From the NCBI GenBank assembly GCA_025451195.1, contig JANWKV010000006.1, positions 1 through 62,918 on the forward strand: a DNA stretch of 62,918 nt, given 5' to 3'. Under the pieces are notes generated by a model, which did not search any database, had not been told where the DNA came from, and was given only the letters and a program-made list of their open reading frames with translations. This DNA is from Candidatus Microgenomates bacterium. GTDB taxonomy: Bacteria; Patescibacteriota; Microgenomatia; Levybacterales; UBA12049. The translations under genes and the position numbers were made by a program. Positions 46,145 through 55,247 of the stretch are shown here, piece by piece; the first letter of the stretch is position 1, and each line of letters begins with the position of its first letter.

Positions 46145-46603
46145 TTATTGAGTTGGTGACGGCGAGCCGGATGCTCGACCAAATCTCATTTCCGGATTTA
46201 ATTGAATATTTTGAGCTGTTACTGACCCGTCTGAATTTTGTGTTCCGACGACCGCAACTGTTTCTCCTGTTTTAAGATCATTTTTTGTTCCCGGTGCAAA
46301 CTTGTTAATAGAAGTACTGCTGGAAACTATGACTATTTTTGTGCTTCCGTCTGTCATTTTTACTGTAATACCGGTTGCATCACTACTTATGATTTGTCCG
46401 ATAACAGGGCGTGCTCCACCTGTGCCGGCGCCGCCAAATCTACTTCCTGAGCCTGCACCGCCAAAACCACCTTGTCTTGAAATAAATGTCCCATTTCCAC
46501 CAAATCTTGGCTGTGATTTTTGATATTGCATGCCTCCAAAAAATCCCGCTCCTAATGCAACAACGGCAACAATTATGGTTATAATAATTGCATTTTTCTT
46601 CAT
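46145..46603 (-). CDS. Secreted Gly-rich protein with C-terminal beta domain (DUF5666-like)
   Basis: Start at ATG 46603, preceded by GGAGGTG. TM/signal segment, RFGG/GGFGG repeats, then ITVKMTDGSTKIVIVSS..GETVAVVGTQNSDGSVTAQNIQL. Confidence 0.6.
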   Translation of the reverse strand: MKKNAIIITIIVAVVALGAGFFGGMQYQKSQPRFGGNGTFISRQGGFGGAGSGSRFGGAGTGGARPVIGQIISSDATGITVKMTDGSTKIVIVSSSTSINKFAPGTKNDLKTGETVAVVGTQNSDGSVTAQNIQLNPEMRFGRASGSPSPTQ

Positions 46604-46698
46604 ATTTTCACCTCCTATCTCTAAATATTTATTTATAGATTGCATAGGATGCCGAATATTCTTTTGAGTATTCGGCACCCTTCTTTTTTTCGAATTTT

Positions 46699-46797
46699 TT
46701 ATTCATCTCTTAACGCTTCAATTGGAAAAAGATTGGCCGCTTTTTGGGCCGGCCCGCCTGCCAATGCAATCAAAATATTGTTTATGCAAATTATTAT
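46699..46797 (-). pseudogene. 3'-terminal remnant of a second FtsX/MacB-type permease gene
   Basis: The minus-strand frame reads ..NILIALAGGPAQKAANLFPIEALRDE*, matching the C-terminus of the adjacent permease (..GWYPARKAANLSPIEALRYE*). Only about 33 codons remain. G+C is locally high. Confidence 0.6.
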
Positions 46798-46798
46798 C

Positions 46799-48022
46799 TT
46801 ATTCATATCGCAATGCTTCTATGGGAGATAGATTTGCGGCTTTGCGGGCAGGATACCATCCAAATAGAATTCCTATTCCACCAGATACAACTATTGCCAA
46901 AACAACCGCAAACCAAGAAAGTACAAAAGGCAAATGTAAAACAAACAATGAAAGTACATAGGATATCGCAATTCCCAAAACCATACCAATAATTCCTCCG
47001 ACAAAAGTTAAAATAATTGCTTCAACTAAAAATTGTGTAATGATTGTTTTTTTCATCGCACCAAGTGCTTTACGCAAGCCTATTTCTCTTATTCTTTCTG
47101 TTACTGTAACAAGCATGATATTCATAATTCCAATTCCACCTACTAAAAGAGATATTGCTGCAATACCTGACAAAAGTGTTGTAAAAGTACCTGTTACCTG
47201 ATCTGCGGCTCCTAAAATATCTGATTGGGACAAAATACTAAAATCCGCTTTTGCCGGATCAGATAATTTGTGTTGAGCCAGCAAAAAATACCCTGCTTCA
47301 TTTTCCGCATTTGTCATAACACCTGAAGATTTTGCCTGCACCGCAATACTGCTTAAATAATCAACTCCAAATATTTGTTTTTGTGCTGTCTGAAGCGGAA
47401 TAAAAATAGTATCATCCGGATTTTGGAAACCGCTGCCTCCTTTACTAACAGTTACACCAACAACGTGAAATGCAATCCTATTTATACGAATGGTTTGACC
47501 TAAAGGATCTGCACCATTAAAAAGATCGGAAACTACTTGAGGGCCGAGTACCGCATCCTTAGCTAAAGAGCTATTTTCCTGATCTGTGATAAAAGTACCT
47601 TCACTAAGAGAAACATTATGAACTGTTTGGTAGGCTGAAGTAACCCCGATTACATTTGTGTTTGTGTTTGCTCCTCCTGCTGTAACCTGCGAACGTTTGG
47701 AAAATTCCGGAGAAATATTTTGAATATCAGGAATTGATTTGGAAGCAATCATTGATGTTGCATCTGCATAGGTAAGCGACTCACCAGATCCCGCGGCTTG
47801 TCTTATTCCTCCTGTTGTTTGTGCCCCGGGCAATACTGTTAACAAGTTTGAGCCAAGCGACTGGATTTGCGATTGCACAGACTGTTGGCTTGCCTGACCT
47901 AAAGAAATTAATGCAATAACACTGCTAATTCCTATAACAATACCAAGCATTGCAAGGCTGGTTCGTAATTTATTTACCGTTAGGGTTTGCAGACTTTCGG
48001 TAATTGTTTCAAAAAGTTCCAT
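46799..48022 (-). CDS. ABC transporter permease, MacB/FtsX family
   Basis: N-terminal TM segment, large periplasmic domain, C-terminal FtsX 3-TM bundle ending ..PARKAANLSPIEALRYE. Confidence 0.88.
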   Translation of the reverse strand: MELFETITESLQTLTVNKLRTSLAMLGIVIGISSVIALISLGQASQQSVQSQIQSLGSNLLTVLPGAQTTGGIRQAAGSGESLTYADATSMIASKSIPDIQNISPEFSKRSQVTAGGANTNTNVIGVTSAYQTVHNVSLSEGTFITDQENSSLAKDAVLGPQVVSDLFNGADPLGQTIRINRIAFHVVGVTVSKGGSGFQNPDDTIFIPLQTAQKQIFGVDYLSSIAVQAKSSGVMTNAENEAGYFLLAQHKLSDPAKADFSILSQSDILGAADQVTGTFTTLLSGIAAISLLVGGIGIMNIMLVTVTERIREIGLRKALGAMKKTIITQFLVEAIILTFVGGIIGMVLGIAISYVLSLFVLHLPFVLSWFAVVLAIVVSGGIGILFGWYPARKAANLSPIEALRYE

Positions 48023-48026
48023 AAAG

Positions 48027-48767
48027 TTATTGCTCTACCTGCATTATCTTTTTTGAGATTTTTTGATGTTTATTTATCTCATCTTTTATTATTTTCCCGT
48101 CTTTGATATGAATAATTCTTTTTGCATGCTCTGCAATATCTGGTTCGTGTGTAATCATAACAATTGTGTGTCCTTGTTTGTTTATATCTTGGAAAATAGA
48201 CATTACCTCTTCTGCCTGAGCAGATGCAATATTGCCTGTAGGTTCATCAGCCAAAAGCATTGCAGGATTCATAACAAGAGCCCTAGCTATTGCAACGCGT
48301 TGTTGTTGGCCTCCGGAAATTTGATTTGATGTATGAGACAACCTGTGACCAAGGCCAACCATTTCTAAATATTTAGTTGCAATTTCTTTTCGTTTTTCAA
48401 GAGAAATTCCTCCATAGCGCATAGGAAGCATTACATTCTGCAAAATTGTTGTTCTTGGGAGTAAATTAAATGCCTGAAAAATAAAACCTATTTTTTTGTT
48501 TCTAATTACAGCCAACTGATCGTCCGTAAGTTTTTCAACATTCTCACCATCAAGGATATATATTCCGCTTGTCGGAGTGTCTAACGCTCCAAGAATATGC
48601 ATGAGTGTCGATTTACCACTTCCAGATGGGCCCATAATGGCAACAAAATCTCCATGATCGATGGTAAAGCTTACATCACTAAGAGCAATTGTTTCCATTG
48701 CTTCTGTTTTGTAAATTTTAGAAATATGAGAAACTTGAATCGCTGCATTTGATTTTATGGATTTCAT
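48027..48767 (-). CDS. ABC transporter ATP-binding protein (MacB/LolD type)
   Basis: Walker [10 protein letters not shown], signature [15 protein letters not shown], Walker B LLADEPTG. The start is set at ATG 48767, after the upstream stop. Confidence 0.92.
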   Translation of the reverse strand: MKSIKSNAAIQVSHISKIYKTEAMETIALSDVSFTIDHGDFVAIMGPSGSGKSTLMHILGALDTPTSGIYILDGENVEKLTDDQLAVIRNKKIGFIFQAFNLLPRTTILQNVMLPMRYGGISLEKRKEIATKYLEMVGLGHRLSHTSNQISGGQQQRVAIARALVMNPAMLLADEPTGNIASAQAEEVMSIFQDINKQGHTIVMITHEPDIAEHAKRIIHIKDGKIIKDEINKHQKISKKIMQVEQ

Positions 48768-48774
48768 TAACTTA

Positions 48775-50112
48775 CTATCCGCCCCCGCCTCTTCCCCCAC
48801 CACCTCCGGCTCTGATAACAGCTCCGCCTCCACCAAACCCTGCATTTCCACCAAATAGACTCCTGCTAAAAGGTGATGCTGAAGATGAAGAACCGGTTTG
48901 CCCTGTTGCTACGAATCCAACAACCACAACGTCTCCTTCAATTAGCCCGGATGTAATTTCTGTGTCTGTATCCGAAGTATCTCCTGTTGTTACGGGAACT
49001 ATTGTTATCTGACCATTTTTCAAAACCCTAACCGTGGACTGACCATTAGACGACTGGACAGCAGCCGTAGGTACAGTAAGCACATTATCTTTTACAGAAG
49101 TAATAATATTAACAGTTGCGCTCATATTGGGAAGAATTTTATCATTTGGGACGTCTAGGACAATTGTTGCGGGATAAGTTGTAACACCTGATGAAACAAC
49201 TCCACCAGTATCAATTCCGGAAACTATACCTGTAAATGTAAGGTCCGGGAATGCATCAAGAGTTATTGTTGCTTTTTGTCCTGACTCTACTTTTGTAACG
49301 TCTGTTTCAGAAAGCGACGCGCTTATAACTGGTGCTCCTCCCGTTTGGATACTCGCAACTGGCTGAGATGTAACGGTATTACTATTGCTGTTTGTTGATG
49401 ATGTAATTTGTAAACCCGGTGTAATAACAATATCCGATATTGTTCCAGACTGTGGAGCAGTAATTGTTGCAGACGTTGCTTGATACGAGAGCCACGCGGA
49501 AGTTAGTGCGGCTTGAGCCTGATTAATTACACCTTGTTGATTGGTGTAGTTGGATTCCGCCTGAAGCCAAGCCGCATTTTCTTCAATGTACACGGGGTCT
49601 GCTTTATCCTGATCAGTTGGATTTGCAATACCCCTATCTGTAACAAACGCCTGATTTGTCTTAAATAATGTCACCTGCAAAGAATTTAATTGCGCTTTTG
49701 CGGAATTTAAATTGTTTTGCGCGGAAATATAACTTGCATATGCTTGCGCCTGAAGTTTTGCTCCATCGGTATCTAAAGTCATATCCGCAATTGTTTCACC
49801 GGCTGTAACTTTATCGCCGGCTTTCACATAAACATGATTTATAACCCCACTTGCCTGAGTTGTTATTTCAACTCTATTCGACGCAACAACTTGGCCGGAT
49901 TCCGAAACGCTTGAAATTAGTGTCCCTTTAGTAGCGGTTGCTGTTTGGTATTGAGGAGTAGAACTACCTTGCCCGAATATTTTTGTGAAAGCAAAATATA
50001 AAACAGCTATTATAATAACAGCTGTTATAATTTTTTTTACTAAAGAAAGTTTCCAGAACCAATTGATTAAACCAGTAAAAAATCTAAAAAGGTTTCCAAA
50101 TAAATTCATCAT
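48775..50112 (-). CDS. Periplasmic adaptor (HlyD/MacA-like membrane fusion protein) with poly-Gly C-terminal tail
   Basis: N-terminal TM segment, lipoyl-like and coiled-coil segments, beta-barrel domains. The tail is FGGNAGFGGGGAVIRAGGGGGRGGGG. Confidence 0.8.
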   Translation of the reverse strand: MMNLFGNLFRFFTGLINWFWKLSLVKKIITAVIIIAVLYFAFTKIFGQGSSTPQYQTATATKGTLISSVSESGQVVASNRVEITTQASGVINHVYVKAGDKVTAGETIADMTLDTDGAKLQAQAYASYISAQNNLNSAKAQLNSLQVTLFKTNQAFVTDRGIANPTDQDKADPVYIEENAAWLQAESNYTNQQGVINQAQAALTSAWLSYQATSATITAPQSGTISDIVITPGLQITSSTNSNSNTVTSQPVASIQTGGAPVISASLSETDVTKVESGQKATITLDAFPDLTFTGIVSGIDTGGVVSSGVTTYPATIVLDVPNDKILPNMSATVNIITSVKDNVLTVPTAAVQSSNGQSTVRVLKNGQITIVPVTTGDTSDTDTEITSGLIEGDVVVVGFVATGQTGSSSSASPFSRSLFGGNAGFGGGGAVIRAGGGGGRGGGG

Positions 50113-50150
50113 TGCAATAGTATACTAAAGCAGCTTAAATAATGCTGAGA

Positions 50151-51194
50151 TCAAACTGCCGGAATAAAAACAGTAAAAGTTGTTTTCTTACCGGGAATAC
50201 TTGTTACCGAAATTTGACCATTGTGAGATTCAATAATTTTTTTAGCAATCGATAAGCCCAAGCCGTATCCCGGGACATCTGTTTTTGATCTTGATTTATT
50301 TGCCCTATAAAATCTGTCGAAAATGTGAGGTAAATCTTCCTTTGCAATTCCCATTCCAAAGTCTGTAACTGAAACTTCTATCATATTTTGTTGTTTTTTT
50401 GATTGGATAGAAATTTTTTCATTTTCTTTACTATACTTTATAGCATTATCAAGCAGAATAACAAATAATTCCTTAACTCTGTCAGAAACTGCTGATATTT
50501 TTTCGTCTTTAATTTTTTTCTCAATTGTAATTTGTTTTTTTAAAGCTAAAGATTCCACTTTTTTTATAGCAGCATTGACTATTTCTAAAAGGGAATTTTC
50601 TTTCATGTTTTCAATTGTTATCTCTTTTCCATTTTGAGCAAGTTCCAAAAGATTGTCAGAAAGTGCCTGAAGCCCAACTACTTCTTCCAAATTACTTTCC
50701 AAAAGTTTTTTTGCATCCATAACATCTATTGATTTGTCTCTTAAGCCTACTTCTATTTCTGTTCTTAGAGACGTTAAAGGCGTCCTAAGTTCGTGTGATG
50801 CATCGGTTATAAACCTGTTTTGTTCGTCAACCATTTTTTTAATTGGAACAAGTGTTCTGCCCGCTAAAAAATATCCTGCCAGAGAAGAAATAATAAGAAT
50901 TACAATATTAATTCCAATTAAATCTATAATAACCCTTGCTCTAGCTTCCTGCATAACGTCCGGCTCTGGTTTTTCAGGCAAAGAAATTATGTCATCTTGC
51001 CATGGAAATGGTTGCAGCATATGGATTTGCAATTGGGGATTTTCTATCCGGAATTTTTGTAAACGTAAAATCCGGTCGAATTCACGGTTTGCGCCAAGGA
51101 AAATAAATGCGCTAAAAGCAATGCTGATTATCATGATAATCAGCAAATACCAGGCGGTAAGTTTTAATCTGGCTTTTTCAAAATGATCAAACAT
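50151..51194 (-). CDS. Sensor histidine kinase (HisKA + HATPase_c)
   Basis: Two TM segments, H-box FITDASHELRTPLTSL, N/G boxes (LLDNAIKYS, DFGMGI, GYGLGLSIAK). Confidence 0.9.
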   Translation of the reverse strand: MFDHFEKARLKLTAWYLLIIMIISIAFSAFIFLGANREFDRILRLQKFRIENPQLQIHMLQPFPWQDDIISLPEKPEPDVMQEARARVIIDLIGINIVILIISSLAGYFLAGRTLVPIKKMVDEQNRFITDASHELRTPLTSLRTEIEVGLRDKSIDVMDAKKLLESNLEEVVGLQALSDNLLELAQNGKEITIENMKENSLLEIVNAAIKKVESLALKKQITIEKKIKDEKISAVSDRVKELFVILLDNAIKYSKENEKISIQSKKQQNMIEVSVTDFGMGIAKEDLPHIFDRFYRANKSRSKTDVPGYGLGLSIAKKIIESHNGQISVTSIPGKKTTFTVFIPAV

Positions 51195-51268
51195 ATTAAT
51201 CTGTAAAGTGAAAAATTCTTATATTTTTAGATATGAACAAAGTTCCTTAATTTTGAATTTTGAACTTA
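51195..51268. repeat. Short AAGTTCAAAATTCAAAATTAAGG-type AT-rich intercistronic spacer
   Basis: On the minus strand, directly after the response-regulator stop: TAAGTTCAAAATTCAAAATTAAGGAAC.., resembling the spacers at 9449-9548 and 58416-58539. Confidence 0.4.
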
Positions 51269-51940
51269 TTAACCTATTCTATACCCAAATCCCCGTGCGG
51301 TTTTAAGAAGCGGTTTTTCTTTGGGGAAATTTCTATCTATTTTTGTCCGCAAGTATCCAATAAACACCTCTAATGTATTTGGCAAAATATTTGCGTCATA
51401 ACTCCACACGTGGGAAATAATTTGGTTTTTGGTTACAATTTTACCTGAATTTTTTAGAAGGTATTCCAAAAGTGCAAACTCTTTAGCGGAAAGTTTTATT
51501 TGTTTTCCACCTCTCGTAACTTCGAATGTTTCCGTATTTAAAGTAAGGCTATCAACAGACAGCGTTGTTTGGGCAATTTCCTGAGGTCTTCTGGATAATG
51601 CCTTTACACGGGCCAGTAATTCTTCAAACGAGAAGGGCTTTGTTAAGTAATCGTCTGCTCCACTGTTTAACCCTTCCACCCTGTCTGCAATTTGTCCTTT
51701 AGCGGTTAGCATAAGAATTGGGATATGGTTATTGTTTTTTCTTATTCTTTTACAAATTTCCACCCCGTCCATCCCGGGAAGAAGTCTGTCAAGAATAATT
51801 ACATCGTAACCATCTTCTGAGGACATATCAAACCCTGTTGTTCCGTCATAACAAACATCAACAATAAAATTTTCCTGCTGCAATCCAATTTTGATTGCGT
51901 TGGCAATTTTATGTTCGTCTTCGATAAGTAATATTTTCAT
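51269..51940 (-). CDS. OmpR-family response regulator
   Basis: MKILLIEDE.., DVIILDRLLPGMDG, KP.. receiver motifs. C-terminal winged helix ..ARGFGYRI. Confidence 0.92.
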   Translation of the reverse strand: MKILLIEDEHKIANAIKIGLQQENFIVDVCYDGTTGFDMSSEDGYDVIILDRLLPGMDGVEICKRIRKNNNHIPILMLTAKGQIADRVEGLNSGADDYLTKPFSFEELLARVKALSRRPQEIAQTTLSVDSLTLNTETFEVTRGGKQIKLSAKEFALLEYLLKNSGKIVTKNQIISHVWSYDANILPNTLEVFIGYLRTKIDRNFPKEKPLLKTARGFGYRIG

Positions 51941-52017
51941 ATTTAAACTTTTTATTAACAAGCAGGATTATAACATTTAATTGCTGAAAACCAACTGAGG
52001 CGTATGTAATCGTATTC

Positions 52018-52551
52018 TTACTGGACAATGAGTGTTCCCCACATGCCTTTTTCCCTGTGTCCGGGTATTGCACAGTAGAAGACAAATGAACCTGTTTTAC
52101 TTGCAGTAAAAGTTGCTGTTTCTGTCTGACCAGATGTGCTTGTTGGCATATTGACTCCCAATTCGTCGATTTTTAGATTATGTACTCCTCCGCCATTTGT
52201 AAAATTAAAAGTAACAGAATCCCCTTTATTTACGGTAATTTTATTTGGCACAAAATAGAAATCTCCTCCTGTAATATTAAATGTTTTTTGCGTTGAGGTT
52301 GTTGACGTACCCTCTATTAACTGTTGTGTTTGTTGATCGCTAGCTGGTGGGGGGGTTACCGCAGTCATTGTCATTGCACCCATTGGAGGCTTTTTCCCAT
52401 TTCCCATCTCTTTTTGCATTCCCTGTTTCTGAGTTGTCATTCCCATTGCAAGTGCAATTTTGGCATTCCGTTCTCTCACAATCCAAAAGCCCTCAACAAT
52501 ACAAACAATTATTAATACTCCTATAATTCCAAACAGAAAGTTTTTGCTCAT
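52018..52551 (-). CDS. Membrane-anchored cupredoxin (plastocyanin/azurin-like) with Met-rich linker
   Basis: C-terminal FYCAIPGHREKGMWGTLIV (Cys-x2-His-x4-Met copper ligands). The linker MGMTTQKQGMQKEMGNGKKPPMGAMTMT is Met-rich. Confidence 0.8.
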   Translation of the reverse strand: MSKNFLFGIIGVLIIVCIVEGFWIVRERNAKIALAMGMTTQKQGMQKEMGNGKKPPMGAMTMTAVTPPPASDQQTQQLIEGTSTTSTQKTFNITGGDFYFVPNKITVNKGDSVTFNFTNGGGVHNLKIDELGVNMPTSTSGQTETATFTASKTGSFVFYCAIPGHREKGMWGTLIVQ

Positions 52552-52581
52552 AGAACATTTTCTATCATATTATAAAAACTA

Positions 52582-52598
52582 TTGTAAAGTACTTACAA
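52582..52598. promoter_or_regulatory. Second copy of the TTGTAAAGTAsTTACAA operator-like motif
   Basis: TTGTAAAGTACTTACAAAA, followed by AAGTATAC as at 42394. Located in the divergent region between the cupredoxin gene and a membrane-protein gene. Confidence 0.5.
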
Positions 52599-52704
52599 AA
52601 TAGAAAGTATACTTTTCCTATTGTATTTTGTGCCCTTCGGGCAAAAAATCAGTCTAGAAGAAGTTATATCCTTACAGGACATGTGCCGAACTCTATAACT
52701 GTGA

Positions 52705-53088
52705 GTGGTATGTTTAATATGCTACACTAAGTCTGTGATAAAACTTATTCCTACAATATATTTTTATCTTTTAAGCTTTATCGGGATTGTTCTTCTCATT
52801 ATCGGAATTTTTACAAGCATTCATTTTATTGTCGGAATAACAGCGTATTCCAAGTATCCCTTACCAAATGGAATAGAAAATCAATGCATGTATTCTATCC
52901 CTCAACTTCCAGTAGGCGAAACTCAACAGCTATTAATCTATAAAGATCAATATGAAAACTGTGTTAATAATTTGGAAGAACAACGGATTTTGACAAAAAA
53001 GCAGGATCTGGAAAAAGCGCTGTCTTTTACTATTGTTGGTTTTTTACTCTTTGGAATACACTTCTACTTTGCCAGAAAACAAAAATAG
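52705..53088 (+). CDS. Hypothetical 2-TM membrane protein
   Basis: 127 aa. The start is uncertain (GTG 52705 or GTG 52735). Confidence 0.45.
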   Translation: MVCLICYTKSVIKLIPTIYFYLLSFIGIVLLIIGIFTSIHFIVGITAYSKYPLPNGIENQCMYSIPQLPVGETQQLLIYKDQYENCVNNLEEQRILTKKQDLEKALSFTIVGFLLFGIHFYFARKQK

Positions 53089-53112
53089 AATCAGCTACAG
53101 TTTCTGTACTAA

Positions 53113-53187
53113 TATATACCACTCATACTTGATTTTGTCCACCATAGGGCACAAAATCAAGTAATCGGGTATTATACACTATTTACA
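53113..53187 (+). repeat. Conserved long-hairpin element, copy B
   Basis: TACTTGATTTTG (53126-53137) pairs with CAAAATCAAGTA (53152-53163) around a 14-nt loop. The flanks ATATACCACTCA.. and ..ATCGGGTATTATACACTATTTACA match copies A and C. Confidence 0.75.
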
Positions 53188-53213
53188 ATGATTAGCTTAA
53201 AGAGTATAGAAAA

Positions 53214-54179
53214 ATGTTAACGCATATTCAACGTAAGAGGGCGAAAAAAAGACTGAATAGATTGATTTTTGTTTCTTTTTTTATTTTAGTTATTGTTGTT
53301 TTTTTTGTATTTAAAAAAACAAATCAAAACAAAATACGGTCAATTGCATCTCCTCTGGCGGTTAAACCAACAGTTACGCTTGCACCTTCACCAACTCCTT
53401 TACAAAATAGTACTAATCTTCAGAAAGTGGTCTCTGATGCATTAAACGGAACACACGGAACCTACGGAATTTCAATTAAAAACATGAAAACCGGAGAAAG
53501 TTATTTTGCCCATCAAACTCACATTTTTAAATCGGGAAGTTTGTATAAGTTGTGGATTATGGCAGTTGTTTTTGAAGACATTAAAGACGGCGACCTTAAA
53601 GATTCTGATATTCTTACTGAATCTGTGCCGGAGTTAAATGAAAAGTTTCAAATTGATCCAACTCTTGCAGAAAAAACAGAAGGAACTATAACATTTTCAG
53701 TAGATGATGCATTAAATCAAATGATTACAATTTCCGATAATTATGCAGCGCTTTTGTTGACAGAAAAAATAGGATTATCCAGCGTTACATCATTTTTAGA
53801 AAAAAATGGATTTACGCAATCTAAAGTCGGCGTTGATGGAAAAGATCCCGTAACAACACCACAAGACATAGCATTATTTTTTGAGAAATTATATAAGGGA
53901 CAAATTATTGATAAAGAGTATTCGGACAAAATGTTGGATCTTTTAAAACAACAGAGATTAAATAGTAAGATTCCAAAATATCTACCTGATGATATTTCTG
54001 TGGCCCATAAAACCGGAGAGTTGGATGAAGACTCTCATGACGCAGGTATTGTATATTCTCCTGGTGGCGATTACATAATTGTTGTTTTATCTGAAAGCGA
54101 CTCGCGTGAGCTGGCAAACGAAAGAATTGCAGATGTATCACAAGCAGTTTATAACTATTTTGTGCCAAGTCAACAATAA
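53214..54179 (+). CDS. Membrane-anchored class A beta-lactamase-like serine hydrolase
   Basis: SxxK (SGSLYK), SDN (ISDNYAA) and KTG (HKTGEL) motifs in the correct order. N-terminal TM segment. Confidence 0.75.
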   Translation: MLTHIQRKRAKKRLNRLIFVSFFILVIVVFFVFKKTNQNKIRSIASPLAVKPTVTLAPSPTPLQNSTNLQKVVSDALNGTHGTYGISIKNMKTGESYFAHQTHIFKSGSLYKLWIMAVVFEDIKDGDLKDSDILTESVPELNEKFQIDPTLAEKTEGTITFSVDDALNQMITISDNYAALLLTEKIGLSSVTSFLEKNGFTQSKVGVDGKDPVTTPQDIALFFEKLYKGQIIDKEYSDKMLDLLKQQRLNSKIPKYLPDDISVAHKTGELDEDSHDAGIVYSPGGDYIIVVLSESDSRELANERIADVSQAVYNYFVPSQQ

Positions 54180-54213
54180 TATTTTTTAAGATTGTTAAAA
54201 AAACCTAAAAATA

Positions 54214-55221
54214 TTAGTTTGATGCAATATTCCAATCACTTTCAAAATCACTAACAAGACTATCAACAACATCACTTTGTAGAATGAGGATTCCAAGTTC
54301 ACGGTTTTTATCCATACTTTGACTCGAGAAATTAACAGACCCAACATATGCTTTTATGCCATCAACCAAAACCAGCTTTGCATGAATATACGGAGAAGAA
54401 AGAGTTTTTACCAATACCCCACTTTTTTCAAGAAGCTCAGCACTACTTTTATTTGCTGAAAGTTGTGAAAAATCCGGAATAATAACTTCAATTTCTTCTG
54501 TTTTCGCTTTTGTTTCAAGAAGAGACAAAATGTCTTTGTCTTGTATTTCTTCCATTTCTATGTCTATCGATTTTGTTGCGCTTTGCAAAAGGCTGGTTAA
54601 TGCGCTTCTGGAATTATCCGGGCTAATAATTAGATCCGTCGAATTTGCAAGGTTTGTTGCTTCACGCTTCCAATCGGAGGTAAAAATAGTTTCTATTTCG
54701 GCAACGTCTTGAGGATTATCATCAATAATGTCGTATTCACGGTTTTTGTTGAATGCTGAGGCCGTAAGATTTTGATTTAAAATAAAGGCTTCAGAGTCAT
54801 CAATAACTATAGATTTTTCATGAGTTAGCGCAAAACTCGAACTAGTCCATTCAACGGAAATGCCTGCTTTCTCAAGTGTTGTCTTTGTTTTTGGATTAAG
54901 ATTTCCTCCACCAAACGGGTGCTCTTCCAGCATTACTTTTACTGTAACACCCTTTTGTTCTGCGCTAATGAGTGCATTGATTACCTGTTTATCCGACAAA
55001 AGATAAACTTCCATATCTATCTCCTGCTCTGCGTTATCTATTGCGTCAACTATTGGCGAATGTCCATTCTGCGGCTCTTCAAAAAATGTGAGGTTATTAC
55101 TTGCACCGAGAACATGCGATGGCTTTGACTGCTGAATGCCCGGATGGTGGAAAATAATATACGCGCAATATACAAGCGCTGTGAGAAAAAATAGGACAGC
55201 ATTTTTCTTAATCCACCCCAC
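54214..55221 (-). CDS. Phospholipase D-superfamily protein (two HKD motifs), membrane anchored
   Basis: THEKSIVIDD and IHAKLVLVDG..GSVNFS motifs. N-terminal TM segment. Confidence 0.85.
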   Translation of the reverse strand: MGWIKKNAVLFFLTALVYCAYIIFHHPGIQQSKPSHVLGASNNLTFFEEPQNGHSPIVDAIDNAEQEIDMEVYLLSDKQVINALISAEQKGVTVKVMLEEHPFGGGNLNPKTKTTLEKAGISVEWTSSSFALTHEKSIVIDDSEAFILNQNLTASAFNKNREYDIIDDNPQDVAEIETIFTSDWKREATNLANSTDLIISPDNSRSALTSLLQSATKSIDIEMEEIQDKDILSLLETKAKTEEIEVIIPDFSQLSANKSSAELLEKSGVLVKTLSSPYIHAKLVLVDGIKAYVGSVNFSSQSMDKNRELGILILQSDVVDSLVSDFESDWNIASN

Positions 55222-55247
55222 ATTTATAGTATAAAAAGAAAAGAGAA

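Noticed and set aside
46735-46765. GC-rich hairpin GGCCG..CGGCC first read as the macB intrinsic terminator
   Set aside because: Translation shows it is coding-derived sequence (..LAGGPAQKAAN..) of a permease remnant. It may still fold, but a terminator call is not needed to explain it.
46640-46992. Three overlapping plus-strand ORFs (46640-46831, 46722-46961, 46744-46992)
   Set aside because: They lie antisense to the macB 3' end and to its relic copy. Their internal similarity (NASIGKRLAAFWAGPP / NASMGDRFAALRAGYHP) simply mirrors that duplication.
48749-49012. Pro-rich ORF (PPPPLPPPPPALITAPPPP..) on the plus strand
   Set aside because: It is the antisense image of the Gly-rich tail (GGN codons) of the adaptor protein and not an independent gene.
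52626-52648. Hairpin TTTTGTGCCC-TTC-GGGCAAAAAA considered as a terminator or riboswitch expression platform
   Set aside because: It has no downstream U tract on either strand and no upstream aptamer-like conservation. It sits between divergent starts and is kept only as an unexplained stable hairpin.
10023-53187. Direct copies A and B of the hairpin element as att-like boundaries of a 43-kb island
   Set aside because: The interval contains core housekeeping genes (lepA, murJ, rpsT, tpiA, pcrA, rnhB). It has no integrase and no compositional break.
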